This document shows, one piece after another, positions 49,232-61,554 of a stretch of DNA of 64,000 nt; position 1 is the first letter of the stretch, and each line of letters opens with the position of its first letter. The position numbers and the translations under genes were made by a program. The stretch is from assembly GCF_001194135.2 (NCBI RefSeq), contig NC_068990.1:78239498-78303497 (forward strand), in the 5' to 3' direction. The notes under the pieces are model-generated. The model was not told the DNA's origin. It searched no databases and worked only from the letters and a program-made list of their open reading frames with translations. The stretch comes from Octopus bimaculoides. Taxonomy: Eukaryota.

Positions 49232-52200
49232 TTGCTAATGTCTTAGAAAAAGAAAATGTTTTTCCTTGTGAAGACCCATTAAATGTGATTTCATGTCCTT
49301 GTAAGGAGCTCTATGTCCTATTTAATAATACTTTACCATTCATTATCAGAAAATATCATTGATTTNNNNNNNNNNNNNNNNNNNNNNNNNNNNNNNNNNN
49401 NNNNNNNNNNNNNNNNNNNNNNNNNNNNNNNNNNNNNNNNNNNNNNNNNNNNNNNNNNNNNNNNNNNNNNNNNNNNNNNNNNNNNNNNNNNNNNNTTTTA
49501 ACCCCCCCCCCCAAAAAAAAAAATACCATTATATTGAACCAAATATGAAAACTTATTCTAATACTCACATGTTATCCTGAAAGATATCAGCATATTGTGT
49601 GAAGAGAAGCAACTTGATTTACTATTTCTTTTTTCTTTTACTGTTTTATGTCTAGTTTTTTTTTTTCTATATCAATATAATTGGGAAGATTCCCCCCCCC
49701 CCACAAATCTGAATTGTTTTTTTTTTTCTTTTTACTTGTTTTATTAGCTGTATGCAACAATCCAAAACTAAAAGCAATTTCACTCGCGCACAGAAAAGTG
49801 GAAATTACAGACATCCAGCCTGAAGGATCATATTTCACATGGCAAAATAAAAGAATTATTTCAGTACTTACACGTCCCCTTTCTACTTTTGTAGTTAACA
49901 TAACAACCAATGTACAATGTTGTTCCCAAACCATCTGAAAGAATTGTAGACAAAAAAAAAGAAAAAAATTAGAGACTATTACCAAAAAGCAATGAAGGAA
50001 TGAAGCAGACAATACTGTAACTATAACTGGACAAACACACCATAGATATATGAACACATACTTGTATGTACACAAGTTAAAGTGAAAATGGTTAATTTGA
50101 TAAATTCACTGATTAACTAGTTGAGACACAACTAGTGCCATCTGTTGTCAAAGTATTTAACGTTCAATGGTCAAATTTACCAATTCTAGTAAAACCTACT
50201 CAAATATTTACCAATTCAGCAACTGTCAAAATACATGCCAACCTTTATCAACTCAACTAATATATACATAGATCGTTTACCGTTTATCTTACACCTGTTT
50301 CAGTCATTTGACTGCAGCCATGCTGTGGCACCACCTTGAAGGGTTTTAATTGAACAAATTGACTCCAGGACTTTTTTTTTTTAAGCCTGGTACTTATTCT
50401 ATCGGTCATTTTTGCTGAACTGCTAAGTTAAACATCAACACCAGTTGTCAAGTGGTGCTGGGAAACAAATACAGGCACACAAACATAGATAAACCCCTGT
50501 ACCTGGCTTTCGTTGACTTGGAGAAAGCCTTTGACAGGGTCCCCCGATCCCTTATCTGGTGGTCAATGAGGAAACTCGGGATAGAAGAATGGTTAGTGAG
50601 AGGTGTGCGAGCCATGTACAGGGATGCTGTCAGTAAGTTGAGGGTTGGCAACGAGTACAGTGAAGAATTCCAGGTAGAGGTAGGGGGTCCACCAAGGTTC
50701 AGTCCTCAGCCCCCTCGTATTTATCATAGTTCTCCAGGCAATAACAGAGGAATTCAAGACAGGATGCCCCTAGGAGCTCCTCTATGCAGATGACCTTACT
50801 TTTACTGCTGAGTCACTATCAGAAGTTTCAGGTGTGGAAGCAAGAATTAGAATTGAAGGGCCTTAGAGTCAACCTAGCTAAAACCAAAGTCCTAATAAGT
50901 AGGAAGGCAGACAAACCACAAATCCCTTCAGGTAGATGGCCCTGCTTGATCTGTAGAAAAGGCGTAGGTAGAAACTCTATAAGATGTACCCGGCCAGAAG
51001 GTTGCCAAAAACCAATCTGGAAAAGAAGGAGTTGGAAGCTTAGGAACCCTTCACATGGTCAGAGATTTAGGGATATCCTTACTGAGAAATTTGATGATAG
51101 GGAGAAGGAGCTACAGTCCCGTGACATAGAAGGCAGATAGGAATTCCTGCAAGACAGCTTGCTGAGTGCCACAGACAAAATCTGTGAGAAATGTATCTGC
51201 ATGGATGATGGTGCCCTTGCGTTTAATGATTCTGCAAAGAAAGAGGCTTGGAGATGCCATTATGAAAGACTGTTGAATGTGAAAAATGAATGGGAGGAGG
51301 GGGGGGGGTCTGCCAAAGGGAGAGAGTTAGCCTAGATGAGATGCAGTTTGGTTTTGTGCCAGGTAGAAGCACCACTGATGCTATATTTCTGGTAAGGCAA
51401 CTGCAGGAGAAATACCTAGCCAAAGATAAACCTCTGTACGTGGCTTTTGTTGACTTGGAAAAAGCCTTTGACAGGGTCTCCCGATCCCTTATCTGGAGGT
51501 CAATGTGGAAACTGGGGATAGACGAGTGGTTGGTAAGAGTTGTACAAGCCCTGTACAGGGATGCTGTCAGTAAGGTGGGGGTTGGCAATGAGTATAGGGA
51601 AGAATTCTGAGTAGAAGTAGGGGTTCACCAAGGATCAGCCCTCCGTCCCCTCTTATTCATTATAGTCCTCCAGGCAATAACAGAGGTATTCAAGACAAGC
51701 TGCCTCTGGGAGCTCCTTTATGCTGATGACCTTGCTCTAATAGCCAGAACTAGAGACGAAGTAAGTAAGAAGGCTGTCAAATCACAACTCCCTTCAGGTA
51801 GATGGCCCTGCTTGATCTATAGAAAAGGCATGGGCAGAAACTCCATACGATGTACCCAGTGTAAGCTATGGACACATAAAAGGTGCAACAATATCAAAGG
51901 AAGGTTAACCGGGAAAATAGTTTTTGTGTGTGGCAGATGCACTGGGGTAATAAACACTGAAGATGTGCAGAAAACAGATTTGATCACATGCCGGGGGGAG
52001 CAACTAGAAGTAGTTAATAGTTTCTGCTACCTAGGTGACCAAGTCTGCAGTGGGGGTAGCTGCTTAGAGTGTAGTGATTAGAGTAAGAATAGCCCGGGCA
52101 AAGTGCAGGGAGCTCCTACCTCTGTTGGCAACTAAGGACCCCTTGCACAGGGTGAAAGGTAGACTGTATGATACATGTATGTGAATTGCCATGCTACACA

Positions 52201-55200
52201 GCAGTGAAACATGGACTGTGACAGCTGAGGACATGCATAGGCTTGAAAGAAATGAAGCTAGCATGATCTGCTGGATGTGTAATATTAGTGTGCATACACG
52301 AAAAAGTGTAAGCGCCTTGAGAGAAGAGTTGGGCATAAGAAGTATCAAATGTGATGTGCAAGAGTGGCATCTGCACTGGTATGGTCATTTGTTATGTATG
52401 AATGAAGACAGGTGCCACTCCCTAATTGTAGAAGGAAGCTGTAGAAGAGGTAGACCCAGGAATAAGGTGGTGACGCATGACTTTCGAACATTGGGCCTCA
52501 CAGAGGCAATGATGGGAGAAACCGGGTCCTTTGGAGATATGCTGTGACTGAGAAGACACAGCAACTAAAGTGAGATCACAGCTATGCATGTCCAGCCCTG
52601 TTAAGAATACTCCTGATGTGTCAGGCAATATGATATGCTTGAGAAGACCTGTTGAGTCAAGTAAAACCAATATTGTAGCTGGGGCTGGTGCCCCCCCCCC
52701 CCCCGGCTCNNNNNNNNNNGACGCTCTTCCGATCTGGCTCGCTCCAGTGCCAATGGCACGTAAAAAGCCCCATCCAAACGTGGTCAATACCAGGACCACC
52801 TGACTGGCTCCCGTGTTAGTGGCAAATAAAAAGCACCATCCAAATGTGTTTGATGCCAGGCCCATGTTAATGGCTCTGGTGCCAGTGGCACGTAAAAAGC
52901 ACCTGCCGATTGTGGCCGACGTCAGTATCCCCTGATTGGCTCCTCTGCTGGTGGCATGTAAAAAGCACCTACTACATTCTTGGAGTGGCTAGCATTAGGA
53001 AGGCCATCCAGCTGTAGAAACATTGCCAGATCAGATTTGGAGCCTGGTGCAGCCGCTGGCTCACCAGACATCAGTCAAACTGTCCAACCCATCCCAGCAT
53101 AAAAAACGGGCATTAAACAATGATGATAATGATGATACACACACACAGACACACAAACATTCGCATACATATTCATATACACCTATGCATGTGCATACAT
53201 ATGCATGTTTGAGTGTATGAATGTGTGTGCACACAAATGCTTGTTTACATTTTATAGCTCGACAAAATCAGTAAAATATGTTATCTTTTACTTGGAAAAG
53301 GAAATAAGAGCTTGTAATAGAAAAAGGCAAGTAAGGAAAAAGGAAGGAAATGAAAGTATATGCATAACCATTCACATAACATTTATAGATATATGAACGA
53401 TAATAGTTTGAAAATGAAAGTGTTTAATATTTAATTTCATATATATATATATATAGTGCCCCTGGACTGGCTTGTGCGGGTGGCACATAAAAGACACCAT
53501 TTCAAGCGTGGCCGTTGCCAGTATCGCCTGACTGGCCTTTGTGCAGGTGACACGTAAAAACACCTACTACACTCTCTGAGTGGTTGGCGTTAGGAAGGGC
53601 ATCCAGCTGTAGAAACTCTGCCAAATTTAGATTGGAGCCTGGTGTTGTCATCCGGTTTCACCAGTCCTCAGTCAAATCGTCCAACCCATGCTAGCATGGA
53701 AAGCGGACGTTAAACGATGATGATGATGATAATTGTGCATATGTGTGTGCTAGAGAGAGAGGTGGGGGAGAGAGAGGAACTGATAAAGTAAATACATTTC
53801 AAGTTTAAAAATTTGGAGTTTATTTCATTGAAAATATCAGTGTGTTTGGAGCTGTTGCCTGCTTCAGCATGTGTCACTGCCATTCTGACTGTTGTTTTAT
53901 TCTTCCCTGCAAGTGTGACCGACACGACACCCTTTGCCTTCTATCATAAGATATCTACACATGTGAATGAATACAGCTATGAAAAGTTAAATGAAAGTGT
54001 AACTTTAATAAAGATCAAATGAGCTCACCTGCCAAAAGTCAGCACATGTGTTAGGTAATGGGCCTTGAGCTGCAATATATCGATTGATGATGCCAGATCC
54101 GGGAATTTCCATCTGAAGCAAAGAAGGTGAATGTAGTGTGGCAAGAGTTTTTAACAAATCATTTAAATATTGTGTGTGATTCTTATGTAAGACTTGTCTT
54201 GGCTGAATCTACAAGATGATCACCTTTTCATTGAAGACGTATGAATTAGTATTGGCACAGAGCACTGCCTTGGCTCCAGCACTAACATGTTCACTAGTTT
54301 GGGGGTCTACAATGTAAAGATTGAGTCCCCTTACATCAGGGGTTTTCAAACTTTTTGACTTGTGGACCCCTTTATATTTCAGGATTTACCTTATAAACGC
54401 TTATGAAATTTATACATATATATTTGCTTAAAATAGCATATATTTTTACATTTATTTATTTAACAGTATTTAACAAAATAGGTTTATTGTCAATTAAAAG
54501 ATTTCGATTAAAAAACATATATAAAATCAAATTGCCCATAAAAAGTATTTGCTGTCCACGGATCCCCTGTGGTCCGCGGACCACAGTTTGAAAACCCCTG
54601 CCTTACATCACAATGGGAGGATAGTGGGTTATTAACATTTCAAACTAGATTCATATAACCCTAATGCTCTACAGAAAGGTATGAACACATACATTTTCAA
54701 TTGATCTTTACTAAAAATTACACTTCATGTCTATTTTCTCTTTCAAAAACATGAACAGAATTTCAATGAGCTTCATCTGTAGGGTTCTTCCCTTAAAATT
54801 CATTTCATTGCTACGATAAGTGATTCTAAGTTTATAAATGAGTTGTTATGGCACTTGTAAAATATCTCAAGTAGGTTACTGTTACATTGCAAAAGATTTT
54901 AGAAGATTGTTTTGTTCTGATGTTGAGGTTTTACTGAATACAACAAATTACCAGCTGTAGCTATAACCATCGAACATTATGGTCAGAGTAACCCAGGTTT
55001 GAAACCTAATCATAACAGAACAAAAGCCAATGCGGAAGTCTCTATGCAGTTGCTCAACCTGTTAGAAATATCAGTCATATTTTCTGTAAATCACACCCTA
55101 ATGTCTTTAAAAAATGAAGGAGACATTGCAAATGTTGTCCTGGATGTGTTGATAAAATAGCTGTGGGATGGTCACAGGTCTGTTGGGCAGAGATGGCTTA

Positions 55201-57856
55201 AACAACCACTAGTCATCAGTTATTTCACAAGTGTCAGCAACAGAAAAGAAAGGTTCTGTTGTGTTTTGAGCAGACACCATGTTAATTATCATTGGAGGAG
55301 ATGACAAGCAAGGTCAACTTCATGGTACACAACACTAAATGCTAATTAATATATTTAAATGCTAATTAATATATTTAAATGCTAATTAAAATATTTAAAT
55401 GCTAATTAAAATATTTAAATGCTAATTAATATATTCAAATGCTAATTAATATATTTAAATGCTGATTAACATATTTAAATGCTAATTAATATGTTTAAAT
55501 GCTAATTAATATTAAATATTCTTCTCATATGAGAATGAATGAATGTGTCATTTTAATGCTTTCTCTCTGTCTGTCCCTCCCACCTCCCTCTCTCCCTCTA
55601 TATTGTATTGATACTTTATCATCTAAATTCACTTTGCTCAAGACATCAAACTTATACAAGCATGTGAAGATCACATATCAAACCCATTCAAAAGAGAATT
55701 AAAGTAATAAATCAGCAACTGTTTTAAGTAATTTATAAAAACCCAAAATTGAAACTTTTCAACAAATGCAATTAGCACTTTCTGTTTTTTTTTTATCCAG
55801 CAGATATAATTAACCAAAGCAATAGACAGGAAACACAATATGAGTTCAGACTCTGTAAAGAATCAGCTAACTCATTGATTAGATGAATTTTTTTTTTTTT
55901 TTTAACAAACAGAAAATAAAAATTAAAAAAATCTTACATTTACAAAGTTGGCATTTATATAGTCCCCATTTTGACTACCTTTTAATATCACTCGGGTCTG
56001 GTCATCTAGAAAATAAAAAGTTAAAATAATTTTTAAAAAAGGAAGTCATTATACTAAATTTCAAGTATTTTCAATTCTCATGGTCTGCTAATATTTGAGT
56101 TTAATCTTTTCACAGAGAAACTCCATCTTCACACGTTGCAACCACACAATCACATTCTTCTACAATAATAAATGCAAAACAAATTTCTGTGTGTCAATGT
56201 GTCACACTTTGACCCCCCGCTCTCCCTATTCAATGACACTTCTACTATTCCTCATGTTGGGGTGAGAGTAATAGTAGGCATAGAGATGGTGAGGGTGGTA
56301 ATAGTTTGACGGTTGTGATGGTAACAGGGTGATAGTAATAGTATGAGCTGTAACTGTGGTAGAGGTGGAGGCGACGGTGATGATGGTGGTGGTGGTAGTA
56401 GCCGAGGTGGTTAGGGATGATGGTGACAGTAAGTGATGTGAAAGACAGTGGTGATGGTGGGGGAAGGGGAGGTGGTGAAGTGAAAGATATTGATGGTGGC
56501 AGCGTCAGAAGTCTGAATGGTGTGTGTATGGCAGTTGTGATGGTGATGGTGGTGATGGTTGAAAACAATCAACAGAAAGAAGAGAGAGAGAAAGGAAGAG
56601 GTTAGATAGAAAAAAAATTGTACTGATCCTCCGAATAGGAAGACAAAAAATGTTTATCATGCAGCTTTGCAATATGTTCTAAGTCGACAAATTATATCAT
56701 TGTTATGATGAAAATTATCCATTGCTTGGAAAATATTGGTCAAGTTTAATAAAATTTAATATGTACTCAATGCATGAAGTGTCATTGTAGGGCCCAAGGT
56801 CCAATGATGAGCCCTCCACAGGAGCTGGCTCAAAAGCCACCCTATTGGGCAGCTTTTGAGATAGTAATAGAAATAAAACAAACAAGCAACTGCTTTCAAA
56901 ATATATTGTACAGAATGCTGACATTGATTTGACTTTTGTTTTCAAGATGCACAAAACTTCAATATCATAAACCATTCAAATGTGTTTGTCATGCTTTCCT
57001 TTAAAAATGTGAAACATAAAACTGTAATCCCATTTTTCTCTAAATTTTTATCTCATGAACAATATAAAGCATCAAAGAAACTCTTTTGTAAATATCTCAT
57101 ACTTTTAGTTTTTTACCCCCAAGATGGCATAGGATAGCCAAATATTTCCACCATAGACAGATCTCTGCTATCTCAGCTGTGCAAACAACAAGTTCAAAAT
57201 AAATGCCACTAATAGAGCCAGAAACTTTGACAAATTACTCGGAGCAGAAAAGCTTGTATAACTGCTAAGGTTCAAGCATATACTCCATGTCAAATTTGGA
57301 AATGGTGAGGCACTAGTTAACACTGCACGGCCACTGGATAGCTAAGAACAGTGAGTTCAGTCCCACTAACCCTAACCCAAACCTCTCTCTGTCTGGATAT
57401 GTCATACTATTTGAAGGTATTTAGACTGGTCAGTAGTCTGCTGTGTTAAATGTTTGCTTAGATTAAAACAAGCAATTATATGAGTACAACACTTACAGGG
57501 TGACACATCTCTGTATCTGTTCTTTGAGATGTTGGCAGGTAACCTTGCTGCATTCATTGTCAGGCCATGCTTTTTTCTATAAAGTTGCTGTTGAATAGAA
57601 GAAAAAGAAAAGAAAAAGATACAAATTTGAGAACATATTGAAATCAAAAGCAGAAATTACATGAAAGACTGATGACAGTAAAGATATATAGATGTTGATG
57701 TTGGGTCACTTCTTAGCTGTTTCACTGGCTTGGAGAAGCAATCACCCATTGGTATTGGATGAAAAACGAAAATATCAAGTATTTGGTTGAAAGAATAGGA
57801 ATGAAAGAGTCAGCAGTTTCTGAGAGGAAAGACAAGACCAAAAGAAAACATTCAGT

Positions 57857-57903
<47 letters not shown>

Positions 57904-60900
57904 ATGTGGGACTTCACTTACTTCAAACTGTGCCATGGCAGCCCCACTCTCCAGACTCTCCTGCAGGAGCATCATGGAGGCCTGGAGAGTGTTGGCCCCA
58001 GACATGGTACTTGCTATTTGGTGTGTCTCAGGTATATACATCAAGTCTGGCTCTTCCGCATTATCTTCACTAACATAAACTGCAAAAAAACAAGTAACAA
58101 AATCTGTTTAATATTCAATAAAAGACAAATTAAAATCCATTTCTTTACTTTCCCAGTTTTTCTACGGATGAATAGATCAATATTGAAGTTTTCCAAACCA
58201 CTAATCTCATCTTTGAAGTGTACATTAATAATATTTGTACCTGTATCACATTAACATTGGTTTCATCCCTGAGCATTATTAGGGATCTTGTTCATTGATT
58301 GCATACATGGCCCCTAAACTGCATCTATTATTTTCAGACAAAAATAGAAAGGTATCCAGCTGCAGAAATCAAGTCAAAATGACACGTACAAGCACAAGTC
58401 TAAGCAAGCAGTGGCTCACTTGGATCATGATGACAATCCGACAGATACCAGCACGGAAAGTGGCAGTAAAATGATGAGGAGGAAAACGGGAGTAATTTTC
58501 TTATCCACTGGAGCAAGGAATAAGGCATCTGATGCTGATCAACAATTAAACTTATTGGAAATGAAGTAGCTATAATAGTGGTTGTAGTAAGGGGATTGCC
58601 CTGGAACGGGTGACAACCTTCCAGCCCATGGGTTTATCTTGTTTTGATGAGAGTTTTACAAGGTTAGAGTGCAAATCTTACCTCAACCTCTTTTAGTTGC
58701 ATTTTATGACATGCAGAAGAAACTCTGGGTCTATTCTTTGACATGCTGATCCCCATACAGCATTAGAGCAATGTGAAGTGAAGTGTTTTGCTCAAGAACA
58801 CAACACAACAGATCATGAGTACCTCACCCTAACCACTTGGCCATGCACCTTCACATTGAAATGTAGTGTGGATAGAAATATTATAAGTATAAAACCTAAA
58901 AATGGGATTTTTCATTTATTCATTTTACATCTATTTTCCTATGCTAGCATGAGTTGGATGAATACATATCAAGACAATTTTACAATTAGGTATCCTTCCT
59001 GTCATTAATCTTCACCTGTTTTTCAAGTAACTCATTTTTGAAAGCACAAGGCTACAAGATGATTTGTTAGTAGCAAATGTTTTTTGATTAATGCTTTTCA
59101 TGTAGGGACATGGAATTTAAACACACACAAACACATATGTGTACAATGGGCTTCTATAGAGTTTTTCTCAATCAATTTCCCTAACAAGGCATTGGTGGAT
59201 CTGAGGTTAGAGTAGAAGACTCCTGCCCAAGGTGCCAATGCAGTGACAACTGAAGACCATGTACAACAGCCAAACTTTGCGTCCTTTGGTCTGGGAAAAA
59301 TGTAATAGTCTTATTAAATAATGACTCATCTCAGACATTTAGAAATTAAATACAACATTATTAATTGGTTCTTGTATCTGAAAATGTTTGCCTCCACCTG
59401 AATCAGGGGTTCCTAAACATATGGGAGCTTAGATGACAAGGAAGAATTGGTGAAAGTTGTGGTTGTTGTTACGACTTGTGTTATTTACATTTCCCTTCAG
59501 CTATTCTATTTCTTTTGACTTCACAATGTCAGTTCAGGTGTTGATAGAATGATGCCAATTGAAACATTTCTGGTGGGCTCAAATCTGCCATATCTTTGTC
59601 TCAGTTGTTTTGATGGTAAACTTTAGCTGGTCTTTGTAACAGTGGAAAGGAGGACATCCTTGTGGTCTTTTCCCACTAGTGAATTCACTAAAGAGGATTT
59701 GATGAGGAAATATTTTTCCCTCACTCTAACCATGTGTCTCGACCATTGTAGCCAGAGTTTTAAGATGGTGGATTCAATACTTTGATGTGTGTGATAGAAA
59801 GTAGTGTTATCATCTGCACATTGAAACTCTAAGATGTTGGCACGTCACTGAAATCAAAACCTGGCTGTATTAAATAGTCTGCCATAAACCAAAAAAACAG
59901 GGCAGAAAAATATTAAAAGAAGAGCACAGGTGCAAGAATGCAATCTTGCTTCAATCCAAACACAATTAGGAACTGTTCATAAAATTTCTTTTGATGAAAA
60001 ACACAACCTGATATATCATTGTACAATGTTGAAATCATCTTCATAGCATTTCTTGCATTGTCACAAGCTTTTTGACCAACTGTAGAAAATAAGGAAAAGT
60101 GTTTTCTATTTTCTCTGCCCTTTTCTTGCACAGAAAAATCATGAAATCCACATTGAACTTTGGGAAGAATTCTAAAGAAATCTGTAAGATTTAGGAACTA
60201 AACTCTAGAAGAATAATTGTTTAAAACTGGTCTCTGAAGATAGCATTTTAAGCTTTGAACTCTCATATTTTTCTTTGATATAGTAATGACTATTGATTCC
60301 TTGGATTGTCTTCAACAATTTATGTTCGTGATGATAAAACAATGATATATTCAATTGTTCTAGTAACAAGGACATTTTTCTTGTCTCCAGAAGGTGTCAA
60401 TGCTAGAAAAGTGGATGCATTCTTGTGGTTTTCGTCAATTGGAACTGAGTGTTAGTGATAAAAGTGGGAGCATTTTTAAGGGAAGCCAAAGAGAAGATTC
60501 ACACTACAATACTTTCTTTACTAATGATTAATCTTAAAAGCTGATTATCTCCCCTTAGAGTAGAACTTTATTTTCTTGATGATAATTCCAAAATGCTGTT
60601 AGTTGTCAGTAAAACTGGTTTTCCACACCTTTGTTAGCATGAAGAATTGGAGCATAAGCTGAAATGAGTGTAGCAGTGTTGAGGAACACAGAGAGAGTCA
60701 TAAGGTATCCACTGATGTCAGTTTGAGTTAGTTGATGGCGTTAAGTGATCCTACAACAAACAAAACCAACTCCTTGAATTCCATTTTCTCCTTCCTCTTT
60801 CCAAAAGAAAATGTAACCAGAACTTGTCTCATCAATTTTCTTTTCTTCCTGGAAGCAATGTTTCACACAGGGTAGTCATGTCGATGCTGGTGATGAAAAC

Positions 60901-61520
60901 GTTCTTTCGAAACAAGGGCTACATGTTGTGGCCTCTCAATGTTGTTCATATTAAAAAGTATTCTTATGCTCCATGTTCTAAAGATCAGGGTTAGTAGATC
61001 AAGATTCAGTGTCCTTAGAGTTGCAACTGCCTGAAGGACAATCTGCCCAGTCAAGAAGCAAAGAAAGGATTGTGATTTTTAGCCAACATTTTCTACAGTC
61101 TTCCCTGTTAAGGGTGGGCATTGATATTCTTCCTGAATAGTCCTATCCAGACACAGATGTAGGATCAGAACTTCAAAGTAACCACTAGGCCCTGAGATGG
61201 TAACTACTACACAGTTCTAGACTCGACACTTCAAGCAACAAGAAACCCATTTTCACTGTTCTTGTTCCATTACTGTTAGATTTTTCAAGTAAAATAAAAA
61301 GATAAATATAAAACACAAGTGTAGAACATGACTGTGCAGTAAGAAGTTTGCTTCCTAACCACATGGTTCTGGGTTCAGTCCCACTGTGTGGCACCTTGGG
61401 CAAGTGTTTTCTGCTATTGTCTCAAGCAGACCAAAACCTTATCAGTGAATTTGGTAGATGGAAATGGAAACTGAAAGAAGCCTGTTGTGTGTGTGTGTAT
61501 GTATGTATGTATGTATGTAT

Positions 61521-61554
<34 letters not shown>

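Noticed and set aside
53710-53955. Exon-like minus-strand ORF ([16 protein letters not shown]...)
   Set aside because: The PTP domain is complete without it, the donor is weak, and it has no motif.
55336-55510. CRISPR-like array
   Set aside because: Head-to-tail repeats with no unique spacers, in a eukaryotic intron.
56245-56605. His/Pro/Thr- or Gly/Val-rich ORFs
   Set aside because: Translation of a low-complexity trinucleotide tract.
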